Source: Sphyrna mokarran (taxonomy: Eukaryota). Taken from it: DNA of 64,000 bases. This document shows positions 51,410 through 63,149 of this stretch, piece by piece. Every line of letters starts with the position of its first letter. The stretch's first letter is position 1. The position numbers and the translations under genes were made by a program. The stretch spans positions 3,782,001-3,846,000 of the forward strand of contig JAGIQG010000040.1 of the NCBI GenBank assembly GCA_024679065.1, in the 5' to 3' direction. A model generated the notes under the pieces. That model was not told where the DNA came from, did no database searches, and saw only the letters and a list, made by a program, of their open reading frames with translations.

Positions 51410-52637
51410 TCAGAGAACAAGATTACTCAAATTGATAATCAGTACCACAGCAGGATTTTCAAAGTTAATGAGGCTTCAATAAAATAAGGTGTAGAAGTAA
51501 TATTAGTTTGACAAAAAATGTAAAAATCTTCCCTAAAAATCTTTGTTGACCGATATGCCAATTCCACATGGAAGGTTTAGAAGAATTCTGCTCTTCTTTA
51601 TAAATGTAATGACGAAGCCAAGTTGAAAGAACTCACCCATTCGCTCTCAGAAGAGGCAGGAACAGATTTTTGAGAGAGCGACGAAGTTAAATCTCTGTAT
51701 TTTACTGTTAGCAATCAGATACCGTCGATATGAATAGCTCACCGAACACTCATTGACTTTGCCTTCCAAACCAAAAACAGCCAGCACTTGGGACGACATT
51801 TGCTGCAAATAGACACAAAGGGCGTCACCTGTAGTGTTCCCTTGAATCCACACACATACACGAAGTTAAAATCACCTTCCTACGTGTGTCGCTGGGTCAA
51901 AACCATGGGGAACATCACCTTCCCCCCTGAAAGCACCGTTGAGGGTACCTTATCCACCCGGAAATGCAGAATTCCAGGAAAGGAGTTCCACGCTCTCTTG
52001 TCAAAAGGGGCAAATAAGCGTAAGTAAATATTGGTTCAGTCTCCCGACTCTCATATCCCAGACAGAATAAATCAGAGTCATTGGTGTGAGATTTAGACGA
52101 TGTCTTTTTAGTTCCAATAATAAATGGTGAAAACGTGAAACTGTAGAACATGGACTATGTGACGTGAGCGGTATTTATGTATTTCAGGAGGCTGTAGGTG
52201 AAAAAACGGCAAATCTCATAGTTTGAGAAGAAGTGGGGTTGGGGTGAATAAACGCCAACAAAACCCATAGGCCGAATGACCTGTTACAGCGTTAACAAAT
52301 TTGAAATGATGCAATCTAATTAAGAACTTAACCTGTTGTCCATGTTTCCACCCCATGCCTCATTTTGTTTTGAATACATGTTGCAGATATTGACCTAGCC
52401 TGACCTTAAGTCTCCACGTCGCTGGCCAGGCGGCACACTACTCTCCAGCTCAGTTTCGTGCAATAGTACTGATGCACTCACAGGACAAAACCGCGACTGC
52501 TGGCTATCTCCAAGGGCAGCACGATGCCTACAGAGGGTACGGGGGCCACCATCCTCCCCGTCCCCCACGCCTTTCCAGTTTCAAATCGATCGAATGCCTG
52601 GAACTTCCATTTAATTCTAATTTTTTCCACCCTTCAG

Positions 52638-53003
52638 GCAGCCTAACTGCATCCGCAATTATACACCAGCCAGAGACAGAAATGAGGGTCCAGCAGGGAT
52701 CCACCACGGCAATCACCTGCTCCTACACAGAGATGGAGAGGCTTGCTTGGTCTGGTACCGGGAACCTCTCCACCCAGCCATGGGGGAGGGGGAGGGGAGT
52801 CCTGAGTATATTCTCGTCGGCTGTACCGACTGTTCAGTGACAGTGTCACATTTTCCAGGTATCGCTTTTCCTCCTCACTGAGCAAACCTTACAGAATTGT
52901 CAGTCTGACAGTTTCAACGGTGACAGCGGAGGACTTCGGGAAATACTTCTGCATCTTAATCGCAGACACTGGTGAATTCAGGGCAGCAGTCTCTACATAA
53001 ACT
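52638..53003 (+). pseudogene. TCR Vdelta/alpha-like V pseudogene with a degenerate 23-RSS
   Basis: Acceptor ccacccttcag|; GSLTASAIIHQPETEMRVQQGSTTAITCSYTE/[fs]LVWYREP...SPEYIL/[fs]RFSSSLSKPYRIVSLTVSTVTAEDFGKYFC; GACACTG-23-ACATAAACT (heptamer first C mutated). Confidence 0.85.
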
Positions 53004-53084
53004 GCAGATTCCTCTCCCAGGCAATGGGAACTCTGGGCATCTGTGTTGTCCGAACAAATGTGGAATTGTAGCATCAACACCAGG

Positions 53085-53430
53085 ATAGAGAGGCAGACAG
53101 ATGTGAAGTAGATTGTTAGACACATCAGCTGATTAATTTACAGTCAAAATAGATATATAACCCATAAATAACTAGCAAGATAGACACAGGAACTGATGCA
53201 ATGACACACAAGGCAGAAATATGATCACTGGACAGTTAGATAGATTTATGGAGAGAGGAACTGATGAGTTAACAGAAAACAAATATACGGTCACTAGATA
53301 GTTAAATGGATAGATTTAGTGGCAGGGCTTGACAAACGCACAATATTGATATATGGGCACCAGAATGTTAGATGGATTCATAGGCACATCAACTGCTGGA
53401 CTAGTACGCAGAATGGATGTACGGTCGCTC
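53085..53430 (+). repeat. Degenerate (AGAT/AGAC)-rich low-complexity tract
   Basis: Repeated gatag/gacag/agatt words. Confidence 0.5.
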
Positions 53431-53444
53431 GTGATTATCAAAGT

Positions 53445-53592
53445 CATTTATCAACGACTTAGAGGAGGGGCCTGAAGGGTAGGTCAGTAAACTTGCTCAT
53501 GCCACCAAGATTGATGGAGTAGTGGATGATGTGGAGGGCTCTTGTAAGTGCAAAGTGGCATTGATAGGATGCAGAGCAGGGCCAAAAAATGG
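53445..53592 (+). mobile_element. CR1 RT fragment fused to the 5' end of the next V pseudogene
   Basis: Translates INDLEEGPEG*VSKLAHATKIDGVVDD, matching the CR1 INDL...SKFADDTK region. Confidence 0.75.
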
Positions 53593-53594
53593 CT

Positions 53595-53897
53595 TAGCCA
53601 GAGGCAAAAACGGGGATAGTAGGGCTGTCCCTGACCCTAATCTATAAAAACAGCGGATTTGATTTTGTGAGCTATACAACGCTCTGGTACCTGCACAGTC
53701 CTCAGAAGGGACTGGAATGGCTCGTTTGATACTTCAATGAAAATAACAAGAATTGCAATCAATGAACGAGCCACTGCATCCAAGGCCTTTCCAAAAACGA
53801 TCTTTCTGTCAGCACTTTAACAATAGCAGCCAGCGCTATTTATTACTGTGCACAACAGCACAGTAATATCGCTTACAACCAGACTTGTACAAAGACT
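53595..53897 (+). pseudogene. IgH-like V (TAILV-type) pseudogene, leader lost, with 23-RSS
   Basis: *PEAKTGIVGLSLTLIYKNSGFDFVSYTTLWYLHSPQKGLEWLV*YFNENNKN...RATASK...SAIYYCAQ, followed by CACAGTA-23-ACAAAGACT (53859-53897). First Cys is replaced by Tyr; stops and frameshifts present. Confidence 0.88.
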
Positions 53898-54346
53898 CAC
53901 AAGAGGAACTGTAGCCATTTCCCAGTTTTCCTTTCCATTCATGAGATGCCCACTCTTAATTTTCCATGAATTGAATGGTTTCGTAGATCATTTCAAATAG
54001 TGCTTGAGAGTCAACCGCACTGTTATGTGGATATGCTGTTACATGTAAGCAAGGTCAAGTAAGGAAGGCAGATTCCCTTCCCTAAACGACATTTCGTGAA
54101 TCAGATTAGTTTCTATGGCAATTGACAATGGTTTCATCGTCATCATTAGATTTTTGCTTTCACGTTTTTATTGAATTCAAATTTCAGCATCTGCCATCAT
54201 GGGATTCGAGTCCCCTTTGCACAGTAATTATTTCATTGCTCTATGATTCTTATATGGAACTTGCTATCACAGGGAGTAACTAAAGCAAATAGCACAAATT
54301 CTTTTAAGACGAATCTAGTCAAATATACGAGCGAGAAGGAAACATA

Positions 54347-56464
54347 GGTTAGAGGGAAGATTGGACCTCTCAGGGACAGAGGAGGGGAACTATGCTTAGA
54401 GCCTGAGGTGATGGGGGAGATCTTGAATGAATACTTTGCGTCGGTATTCACGCGGGAGAGAGGCCTGATGTCTGGTGCCGGCTTTGAGGAATTTGAGGAC
54501 CCGTTAAAGGAAATAACCATTACGAGGGAAGAGGTGTTGGGGCTTTTAGGCAGCATAAAGCCTTATAAAGCTCCGGGGCCTGATGGCATTTACCCCAGAC
54601 TGCTAAGGGAGGTGAGAGATGACATTGCTGATCCTCTGACGCAAATCTTTGTCTCTTCTTTGGACACAGGTGTGGTCCCAGAGGATTGGAGGATAGCAAA
54701 TGTAGTACCGTTGTTTAAAAAGGGTCAGAGGGATAACCCAGGGAACTATAGGCCGGTGAGCTTGACTTCAGTTATAGGTAAGCTAATGGAGAGGATCCTC
54801 AGGGACAGGATGTATGAACATCTGGAGCGCTGCGATCTGATCAGGGATACGCAGCATGGCTTCGTTAAGGGGAGGTCGTGCCTGACAAATCTAGTGGAAC
54901 TTTTTGAATAGATGACAAAAACGGTTGATGAAGGACAAGCCGTTGATGTCGTCTACATGGATTTCAGTAAGTGTGTGACAAGGTTCCTCATGGTAGGCTG
55001 ATAGAAAAGGTGAAAGCGCATGGGACACAGGGCCAGATATGCAGATGGGTTGAGAACTGGCTTGGGAGGAGGAGACAACGGGGAGTAGTGGAAGGCTCTT
55101 TCTCCAACTGGAGGTGTGTCACTAGTGGTGTGCCACAGGGCTCAGTACTAGGACCTCTTCTATTAGTGGTTTATATAAATGACTTGGAAGAGGGGGTAGG
55201 TGGTGCGATCAGCAAATTTGCTGATGACACTAAGATGCTTGGATTGGCAGGAACTGAGGAGCAGTGCCAGGCAATACAACAGGACATAGATAGGCTGGTA
55301 GATTGGGCAGATAGATGGCAAATGGAATTTAATCCGGATAAATGCGAGGTGATGCATTTTGGCCGGAAAAATGTAGAGGGGAGTTATAGGATAAAAGGTA
55401 AAACTATCCGGAGTATAGAGATGCAGAGAGACCTGGGGGTGCAGGTTCACAAGTCTCTAAAGGTGTCAGTACAGGTGGAGAATGTGATAAAGAAAGCGTA
55501 TGGTATGTTAGCCTTCATAGGAAGAGGTATAGAATACAAGAGTAGGAGTCTAATGTTGCAAGTGTATAGAACGTTAGTTAGGCCTCACTTGGAGTACTGC
55601 GTCCAGTTCTGGTCGCCTTACTACCGGAAGGATGTGGAGGCCCTGGAGAGAGTGCAGAGGAGATTTACCAGGATGCTGCCTGGTATGGAAGGGCTGTCTT
55701 ACGAGGAAAGATTGAACGCACTGGGGTTGTTTTCCCTTGAAAGACGTCGGCTGAGAGGGGATCTATTAGAGGTATATAAGATTATGAGGGGTATAGATAG
55801 AGTAAATGGTGGTAAGCTTTTTCCACCATTAGAAAAGGATAGAACGAGGGGTCACGGCCTTAGGGTGAGGGGGGCTATGTATAAGACTAATATTAGAGGG
55901 CATTTTTTCACACAAAAGGTAGTGGGGGTGTGGAATGCACTACCGAGTAAGGTGGTGGGAGCAGGCATGCTAGGGTTGTTTAAGGGTCTCTTGGACAGCC
56001 ACATGAGCGGTCTGCAGATAGAGGGATATAGGAGGACTATTTAAATATCCTATTGTTTCCACAGGATGTTCGGTCCACCTTGTTGACCAACAAGGGCATG
56101 CATGCGGCAGCTCGTGCGAGACCTGCTCTTGGATGTTGCTTCAGGAGTGGCTTAGTGCTTCACGTCGTTAGTGTATGCTTAAACTGAACCATCTGATGGG
56201 CACCATGACAGCTCAGGGACTATCGCTGTTGCTGTGCAGACACATGGATTTGGGCCTGTGTCTGCGGGAGTTTGCGCGTTCCCCCCGTGATTGCGTGGGT
56301 TTTCTCCGGGTGCTCCGGTTTCCTCCCACATCCCAAAAATGTGCTCTTAGGCTGATTGGATAACAAATTGGTCCCTATATGTCATTAAGATGTTAGGACG
56401 GCGGCGCGGGCTCGTTGGGCCGAAGGGCCTGTTTCCGGTGCTGTGTTCTTTGTTCTTTGTTCTA
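54347..56464 (+). mobile_element. Young 5'-truncated CR1 LINE (same subfamily as 16476-19170)
   Basis: ORFs 54408-54911 and 54971-56044 are RT pieces split by a stop and a frameshift; structured 3' UTR; (TTCTTTG)n tail. Confidence 0.95.
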
Positions 56465-56583
56465 TAAAAATATATCATTCGGACTAGATGAAGAGCATTC
56501 GGGGAAAGGTCATCCGGGGCAATAATATCAGTACTTTGGAAAGACCGAATGAGCAGCATCTGTGTGAAGACTTTATGAGCTGA

Positions 56584-56661
56584 TACTTCTGTTGCATTGA
56601 TGAGTGCTTTCTGTTCACTGTGCCAGCAGGGAGCATTGGGACAGCAATGGCAATAAAAACA
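56584..56661 (-). pseudogene. Candidate degenerate D segment, inverted relative to the V genes
   Basis: Plus strand: TACTTCTGT-23-CACTGTG | ccagcagggag | CATTGGG-12-ATAAAAACA. Both spacer lengths are exact; one heptamer is degenerate. Confidence 0.5.
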
Positions 56662-57289
56662 TAGACAAGCAAGTAGATTAGCTACCGTTATTCCTTCTAC
56701 TATTGAGCAAAGGTATACATTCAAAATGAATGAAACAACCGAGAAGAGCGACAGGCTCTTCTTGATTCTGTCTGACTGAATTACACAGAGCTGTTGGTGA
56801 AGGACACTCATGCGGAGTCCAAATCTGATAGCTGATCATTGAATGTGGATGCACCCTGTGAATCTTGACCAGGGGCCAGAATAAACGAAAGAAAAGCAAG
56901 ATTCTTTTGAATCTGAGAAATTCCAAAGACTATTCCTTACAGTTAAAAATGCGTATTATGTATTGAAACGTTTCTGATTGTCAGACGCAATGTTTGCTCT
57001 TCATTAAAACTAAGTAACTGAAAATAGCAGATCATTTCGCTACTGAAATAATCATTGTCCCACTGTGAACTCACATTCAGTCACCATAGTGGATCCATGA
57101 GCATCTTTTAGCCACATGCTTAATGTTAATTTCACTTGGCGGATATTTTATGCATGATTGTTTCAGACAGAAAAAAAACTGCACAAATATCTGCTCACAA
57201 AGCTGTTTTGATTTGTCCAGGATGGAAGAATACAATAAAATTTGCTTTCTTCATACCATTATGTGGTTAGAAGCGGGGATCTCTGCTTA

Positions 57290-57640
57290 TCAGTGCACAA
57301 CGTTTCGCATCATTCGCAATTCTTCAGATGCCGACATACTCTATGTCCAAATGCAAGAAGACTTGGACAATATCCAGGCTAGACTGACAAATCACAAGAA
57401 ATTGCACTGGTGCCAGGCAATGACCATTTCCAAACAGAGAGAATCGAACAGTCGCCCTTTAGAATTCAACTGCAACAGATTTACTGAATCTTATTCAACA
57501 CTCCCATCCAAGCTTTTCACCATCCTGATTTGCAAATGTACCTCCATTCCTTCACTGTCGCTGAGTCAAAATCATGGAAATCCCTTCCTCACAAAACGAT
57601 GGGTGTACATGGACTGCAGTGGTTCAAGATGGTAGTTCAC
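57290..57640 (+). mobile_element. Old LINE 3' fragment
   Basis: Translates MQEDLDNIQA...CQAMTIS, typical of the post-FADD region of LINE RTs. Confidence 0.55.
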
Positions 57641-58055
57641 CGCCAAATTTGACAATAATGCTTCCCGATCCAGTAACGCCCACAAACCTACAAATTAACA
57701 ATAATAAGTTCGAACATGAAATCTTTGCAAATGAATCTCTCATACTCTCCACCTTATCTCAGATTTTGTACTTTATTTTCTTCCCGCTTTGCTCACTCAG
57801 TTGCTCAAAGCCGATTAAATTTCTAACTTCCCTGATGCAAGGTCACGTCAGAAACTCTCTCTACCTCCAATCTGTTATCTGACCTGCCAAATATTCCCAA
57901 CATTTTCTGCTTCGATTTCAGACTTGATCGTGTACACCAGATTCATTGAATCACTAAAGTGTAGAAGAACTTATTAGGCCATGAATTCTGTATCGACTCC
58001 GACGGAATATCCGTTGCTATTTCCTGTGCAGGTTGGAGCGAAAGGTCAATTTATT

Positions 58056-60286
58056 ATAGAACATAGAACAATACAGCACAGAACAGGCCCTTCGGCCTTC
58101 GATGTTGTGCCGACCAAAATAAAAAGCAATGCCCCTCCTAACTAAACCATTCCCTTCTCATCCATATACTTATCAACTAACATCTTAAACGCCACCAAAC
58201 TTGGCGCATCTACAACAGCTGCAGGCAGGGCATTCCACTCCCTAATCACTCTTTTAGTAAAGAACCTACCTCTGATATCCGTCCTATAACTCATACCCCT
58301 TAATTTAAAGCTGTGTCCCCTCGTGCTAGCTTTCTCCATCCTAGGAAAAAGGCTATCACTGTCCACCCTATCTAAACCTCTAATCATCTTATATGTTTCA
58401 ATAAGGTCTCCTCTTAACCGCCTTCCTTCTAACGAAAACAACCTCAAATCCCTCAGCCTCTCCTCATAAGACCTGCCTCCATACCAGGCAACATCCTGGT
58501 AAACCTCCTCTGTACCCTCTCCAATGCCTCCACATCTTTCTTATAATGTGGGGACCAGAACTGCACACAATACTCCAAGTGCGCCGCACTAGAGTTTTGT
58601 ACAGTTGCAACATGACGTTGCGGCTCTGAAATTCAATCCCCCTACCAATAAAAGCCAAGACTCCATATGCCTTCTTAACAACTTTATCCACTTGACTGCC
58701 TACTTTCAGGGATCTATTGACACATACACCAAGATCCTTCTGTTCCTCAACACTATTAAGAGCCCTACATTAGCCCTATACTCTACACATTCATTGTTCC
58801 TGCCAAAGTGCATTACCTCACACTTTTCCACATTAAACTCCATTTGCCACCTCTCGGCCCAGCTCTGCAACTTGTCCAAGTCACTCTGTAAACTAAAACA
58901 CCCCGCTTCACTATCTACCACACCACCAACTTTAGTATCATCTGCAAATTTACTGATCCATCCCTCAATCCCCTCATCCAGATCATTTATAAAAATTACA
59001 AACAGCAGGGGCCCCAAAACAGACCCCTGAGTCACACCACTCGTCACCGAACTCCACGATGAATATCTCCCATCAACCACCACCCTCTGTCTTCTATCTG
59101 CCAGCCAATTTCTAATCCAATAGCTAAATCACCCTCTATTCCACACATCTGCATTTTCTGTAGAAGTCTTCCATGGGCCACCTTATCAAAAGCCTTACTA
59201 AAGTCCATATATCCTACATCAACCGCCTTACCCCCATCCACCTCTCTGGTCACTTTCTCAAAAAACTCAATGAGGTTAGTAAGGCATGACCTACCCTTCA
59301 GGAAACCATGCTGACTATCCCCAATCAATTCATTTCTCTCTAAATAACTATAAATCCTATCCCTGATAATTCTCTCCAATACCTTGCCCACAACAGAAGT
59401 AAGACTCACTGGCCTATAATTCCCTGGAAGGTCTCTCTTCCCTTCTTAAACAATGGGACCACATTCGCTATCCTCCAGTCCTCCGGAACCACACCCGTAA
59501 CCAACGAGGACCTGAAGATCAGAGCCAGAGGCTCTGCAATCTCCTCTCTTGCCTCCCAGAGAATCCTAGTGTAAATCCCGTCCGGCCCAGGGGACTTATC
59601 CAACTTCAAACCCTCGAGAATTTCTAACACATCCTCCCTATCTACTACAATACTCCCCAATTTGCAACCCTTTACCTCAGTGCTCTCCACAGCTACATTT
59701 CCAGCACTCTGCGTGAATACCGAAGAGAAATATTTACTCAGTGCCTCGCCAATCTCTTCAGGCTCCACGCACAACTTCCCACTGCTATCTATGACTGGCC
59801 CTAATCTCGCCCTAACCAATCGTCTATTCTTAACATATCGAAAGAAAGCTTTAGGATTCTCCTTAATCCTATCAGCCAACATCTCCTCGTGTCCCCTCTT
59901 AGCTCTCCTCAATTCACTTTTTAGCTCCTTCCTGGCTAATCTATAGCTATCCATTGCACTAACTGAGCCTTCAAGCCTCATCCTGACATAAGCCTCTTTT
60001 TCTTCTTAACCAGCAAATCAACTTTTTTCGTACACCAAGGCTCTCTTACTCGACCATTTCCTCCCTGCCTGACAGGGACATACTTATCAAGGACTCTCAG
60101 CAGCTGCTCCTTGAATAAGCACCACATTCCAGATGTACCCAGTCCCTGTAGTTCCCTAGTCCTATCTACGCACCCTAATTCTCTCCTGATGGTCTCATAA
60201 TTACCCTTCCCCCAGCTATAACTACAGCCCCCAGCTTCATGCCTATCCCTGTCCATCACTAAGGTGAACGTAACCGAATTGTGGTC
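58056..60286 (-). mobile_element. Young 5'-truncated CR1 LINE (source subfamily of the 13.6, 14.1 and 31.4 kb insertions)
   Basis: Frameshifted ORF2 pieces from the endonuclease end (DHNSVTF) through KFADDTK to the C-terminus; (atagaac)n tail. Confidence 0.95.
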
Positions 60287-60289
60287 AAA

Positions 60290-60680
60290 TGAATTAGGTC
60301 CATTCAAAAGTCTGATGGCAGGAAGGAAGAAGCTGTTTTTGAGATGGTTGATACGTCACCTCAGACTTTTGTATCTTTTTGAGACTGAAAAAGGCGGAAG
60401 AGAGAATGCTCTGGGTGCGTGTAGTCCTTCATTATGCTGGCTGCTTTGCCGAGGCAGCAGGAAGGGTAGACAGAGTCAGTGGATGGGAGGCTGGTTCGCG
60501 AGATGAACTGGGTTACTTGTAGTTTCTTGTGGTCTTGGACAGAGCAGGAGCCATATCAAGCCGTGATACAGTCAGAAAGGATACTTTCTATGGTGCTCCT
60601 CTAAAGGTTGGCAAGAGTCGCAGCGAATTTCCTTAGCCTCTTGAGAAAGTGAAAGCGTTGGTAGTTTTTTTTATCTACAG
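60290..60680 (-). mobile_element. Rex1/Babar-like LINE 3' fragment
   Basis: Sequence style (ccattcaaaagtctgatggcag...gaagaagctgtt) recalled from fish Rex1 3' ends; not verified. Confidence 0.45.
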
Positions 60681-60891
60681 CCTCGGCCTCCTCGTCCTTA
60701 ACGAAAGTCATCACTCAGAAAGAATCCAACACCCATCCATGTCTTACCTTTCAGAGCAGAGTTGTGTAAGGACAACATCCTGCAGCTGCGTGTGGAGTCA
60801 GGAGACAATTGCATTGGCAGGAAGGCAAGTGTCAACAAATGTGCTACTGTGTCTCCCTTCAACATGATTGGTGTCTCTCTAGCTTGAACAG

Positions 60892-61100
60892 GTGTCAAGT
60901 TTGAAGTATCGCTGACGCAGTCAGAGGCAAAGATCGAGCTCCCAGTGAAGAGTCTGAAGGAAGATTCATTACTTCCAATGACGTTATACACAATATATTT
61001 GCTTTCAATGTCACGGGTCTGACGATGGAGGATACCGCTACTTGTTACAGCGCACAGCTAACACAGTGAGGCTAAAACAACATGAAATTGGACATAGAAT
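60892..61100 (+). pseudogene. IgH-like V (TAILV-type) pseudogene with a large internal deletion and 23-RSS
   Basis: Acceptor ...gaacag|; GVKFEVSLTQSEAKIELPVKSL is joined out of frame to GRFITSNDVIHNIFAFNVTGLTMEDTATCYSAQL; CACAGTG-23-ACATAGAAT (61062-61100). Confidence 0.85.
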
Positions 61101-61134
61101 ATTCGCCATCCAAATTCGTATTTATATGCAATAT

Positions 61135-61452
61135 GAGCGGCACGATTGCACAGTGGTTAGCAATGCTGCTTCACAGGTCTAGGGACTCAGTCACCGCCTG
61201 TGTGGAGTTTGCACATTTTCCCGTGTCTGCGTGGGTTTCCTCCGGGTACTCCGGTTTCTTCCCATCGTCCAAAGATGTACAAGTTAGGTCGATTAGCCAT
61301 GCTAAAATTGCCCCTTAGCGTACTACGATGCTTAGGTTAGAGGGATTAGCGGGTATAATATGTAGAGATATGGGGTAGGGCGGGGTGGGTTTGTGTTCAG
61401 CGCAGACGCGATGCACCGAAGAGCCCTTTTCTGCACTGCAGAGTTCTATGAA
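61135..61452 (+). mobile_element. V-SINE (HE1-like)
   Basis: Head gcacagtggttagcaatgctgcttcac, V-core gtgtggagtttgcacattttcccgtgtctgcgtgggtttcctccggg, CR1-like tail. Confidence 0.88.
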
Positions 61453-63149
61453 CCCGAGGAGAGACAATTGTATTGGCAGGAAGGCATGTGTCAAAATCAC
61501 GAAGATTTCAATGATTTGCATTCGTTTCGAGTGGTTCAAGAACCATTTAGTTAGAGTGGAGGAGCCAATGATTTTCAAAGGGGAATAGTTCAGTATTTAA
61601 AATGTCAATATTGTGAATATTATATGTCAATTGCAGGGAGGTGAAACATGTCGAAAAAGGGGTTGAATGTTTGAATCTTCCATCCTAGTAGAACAGAAGT
61701 TTTATAGAAAGAACACCACTTTGGACTTTTCCATTTCTGATCTCATCCTGACCTAACAATATGTGTCCACTCATTGATGGGTGTGGAATTTTAATAGTGG
61801 GATATGGACAGTTGGTAGCCCACTGGTATTGTTACTAGATTAGCAACTCAGGGACCTGGGTTATTGATTTGGGCGCATATCGAAGTTCAAATATGAATAA
61901 GGCAGATGATGAAATTTAAAGTCAATTAAAAACAAATCGAATGAGACCATTGTCGATTGTTGTCAAAACCCATTTTGTTTACTAATGCTCTTTTAAGAAA
62001 GGAAATGTGCCTAAATGTGACTCCAGAAATACAGCAATATGGTTGACTCTTAAAGCTTTCTAGTCAGTGGTTTGCCCCAGAATTTTTCTGCGATGAAAGA
62101 AGCATTTAGATGACCATCTGACACGCTATGGGCCAAGAGCTGGAAGATGTGATTGGAACGGATGCATGCTTGATAGCTAGTACACACAAGATGGACCGAA
62201 GGTCTATAAAAGTTTATAACTCTTTGACTCGACAGCTCCCCTTTCAAATCAGCCATGGGACTTTAAACGCCCAAAGACAAGACCAACTATTTCATATGTC
62301 GTCTAAACTTCGATGAGTGACATTGTGGAACTCCCTCAACACAAACAAAAAGTGCTGGAAAATCTCAGCAGCTCTGACAGATCTGTGAGGAGGGAACAAT
62401 GCAAACGTTTCGAGTCTAGATGATCCTTCGTCAGTTCTGGTAAAGGGTCAAAGAGACTGAGGGTTCTCTGGGCTCGAAACAAAAACATTCTGGAAAATCC
62501 CAGCAAGTCTGATAGCATCTGTGGAGAAAAAACAAGTTTTGAGGCTGGATTACATACAACCAAGCCTACCTGGTCCGACTCCCGATGAACAGCAATGGCT
62601 CGCCATCTAAAACGACCTAACAATTATCCGGTTTCCTCCCACAGTCCAAATGACTCGCCTGTTAGTTGCATTGACCACGCTAAATTGCCCTTCAATGTAC
62701 TGAACAGGCGCCAGAGCGTGGCGACTAGGAGATTTTCATAGTAATTTAATTGCAGTGTTAATGAAAGCCTAACTGTGACACTAATGAATAAACTTTAAAC
62801 AATCCATGAAATTCAGGGCAATTAGGGATGTAAACGAAGCCCTCACCCCATGAGACAGTAGGTAAAACAACACCATTTAGCTTCTAGTTAAACATCACGA
62901 TTCGTTTACTTCTTATCAAATCCTTCAATGGATGACCTTATGTAAAATAACACCCACCCCCACCCCCCGCCCTTCGATGGACGTGTCTGCGTCTCAAACC
63001 TGTGTTTTTTTTTCAATCTGTTGTTTGAAAGTACCCTAATTCATTTCAAACCAAAGAACAAAGAATCCCACCTCCAGTGGAATTCCACAATAAAGGGAGT
63101 GGAAATTTAGGGAATTATATGTGCGCCAGATAAAGGACGATCCAGTTAA

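Noticed and set aside
51410-52630. Expected D2 and JH of a complete IgM cluster
   Set aside because: No 12/12 RSS pair or WGQG J motif found by eye; the next recognisable element is a TCR-like V.
52472-52637. Leader exon for the 52.6 kb V, or leaderless NAR-TCR supporting V-delta status
   Set aside because: A phase-1 donor-like G|GTACGG exists near 52536, but no hydrophobic leader can be read, and no NAR V-D-J lies upstream. Cannot be decided from this sequence.
57061-57100. CACTGTG heptamer and a minus-strand TMVT-like stretch with GTGAGT, as a possible J or RSS
   Set aside because: No nonamer at 12 or 23 spacing and no W/F-G-x-G motif.
61514-61521. Ig octamer ATTTGCAT (ATGCAAAT also near 11576 and 12539)
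   Set aside because: Not positioned upstream of a leader exon; expected by chance in AT-rich DNA.
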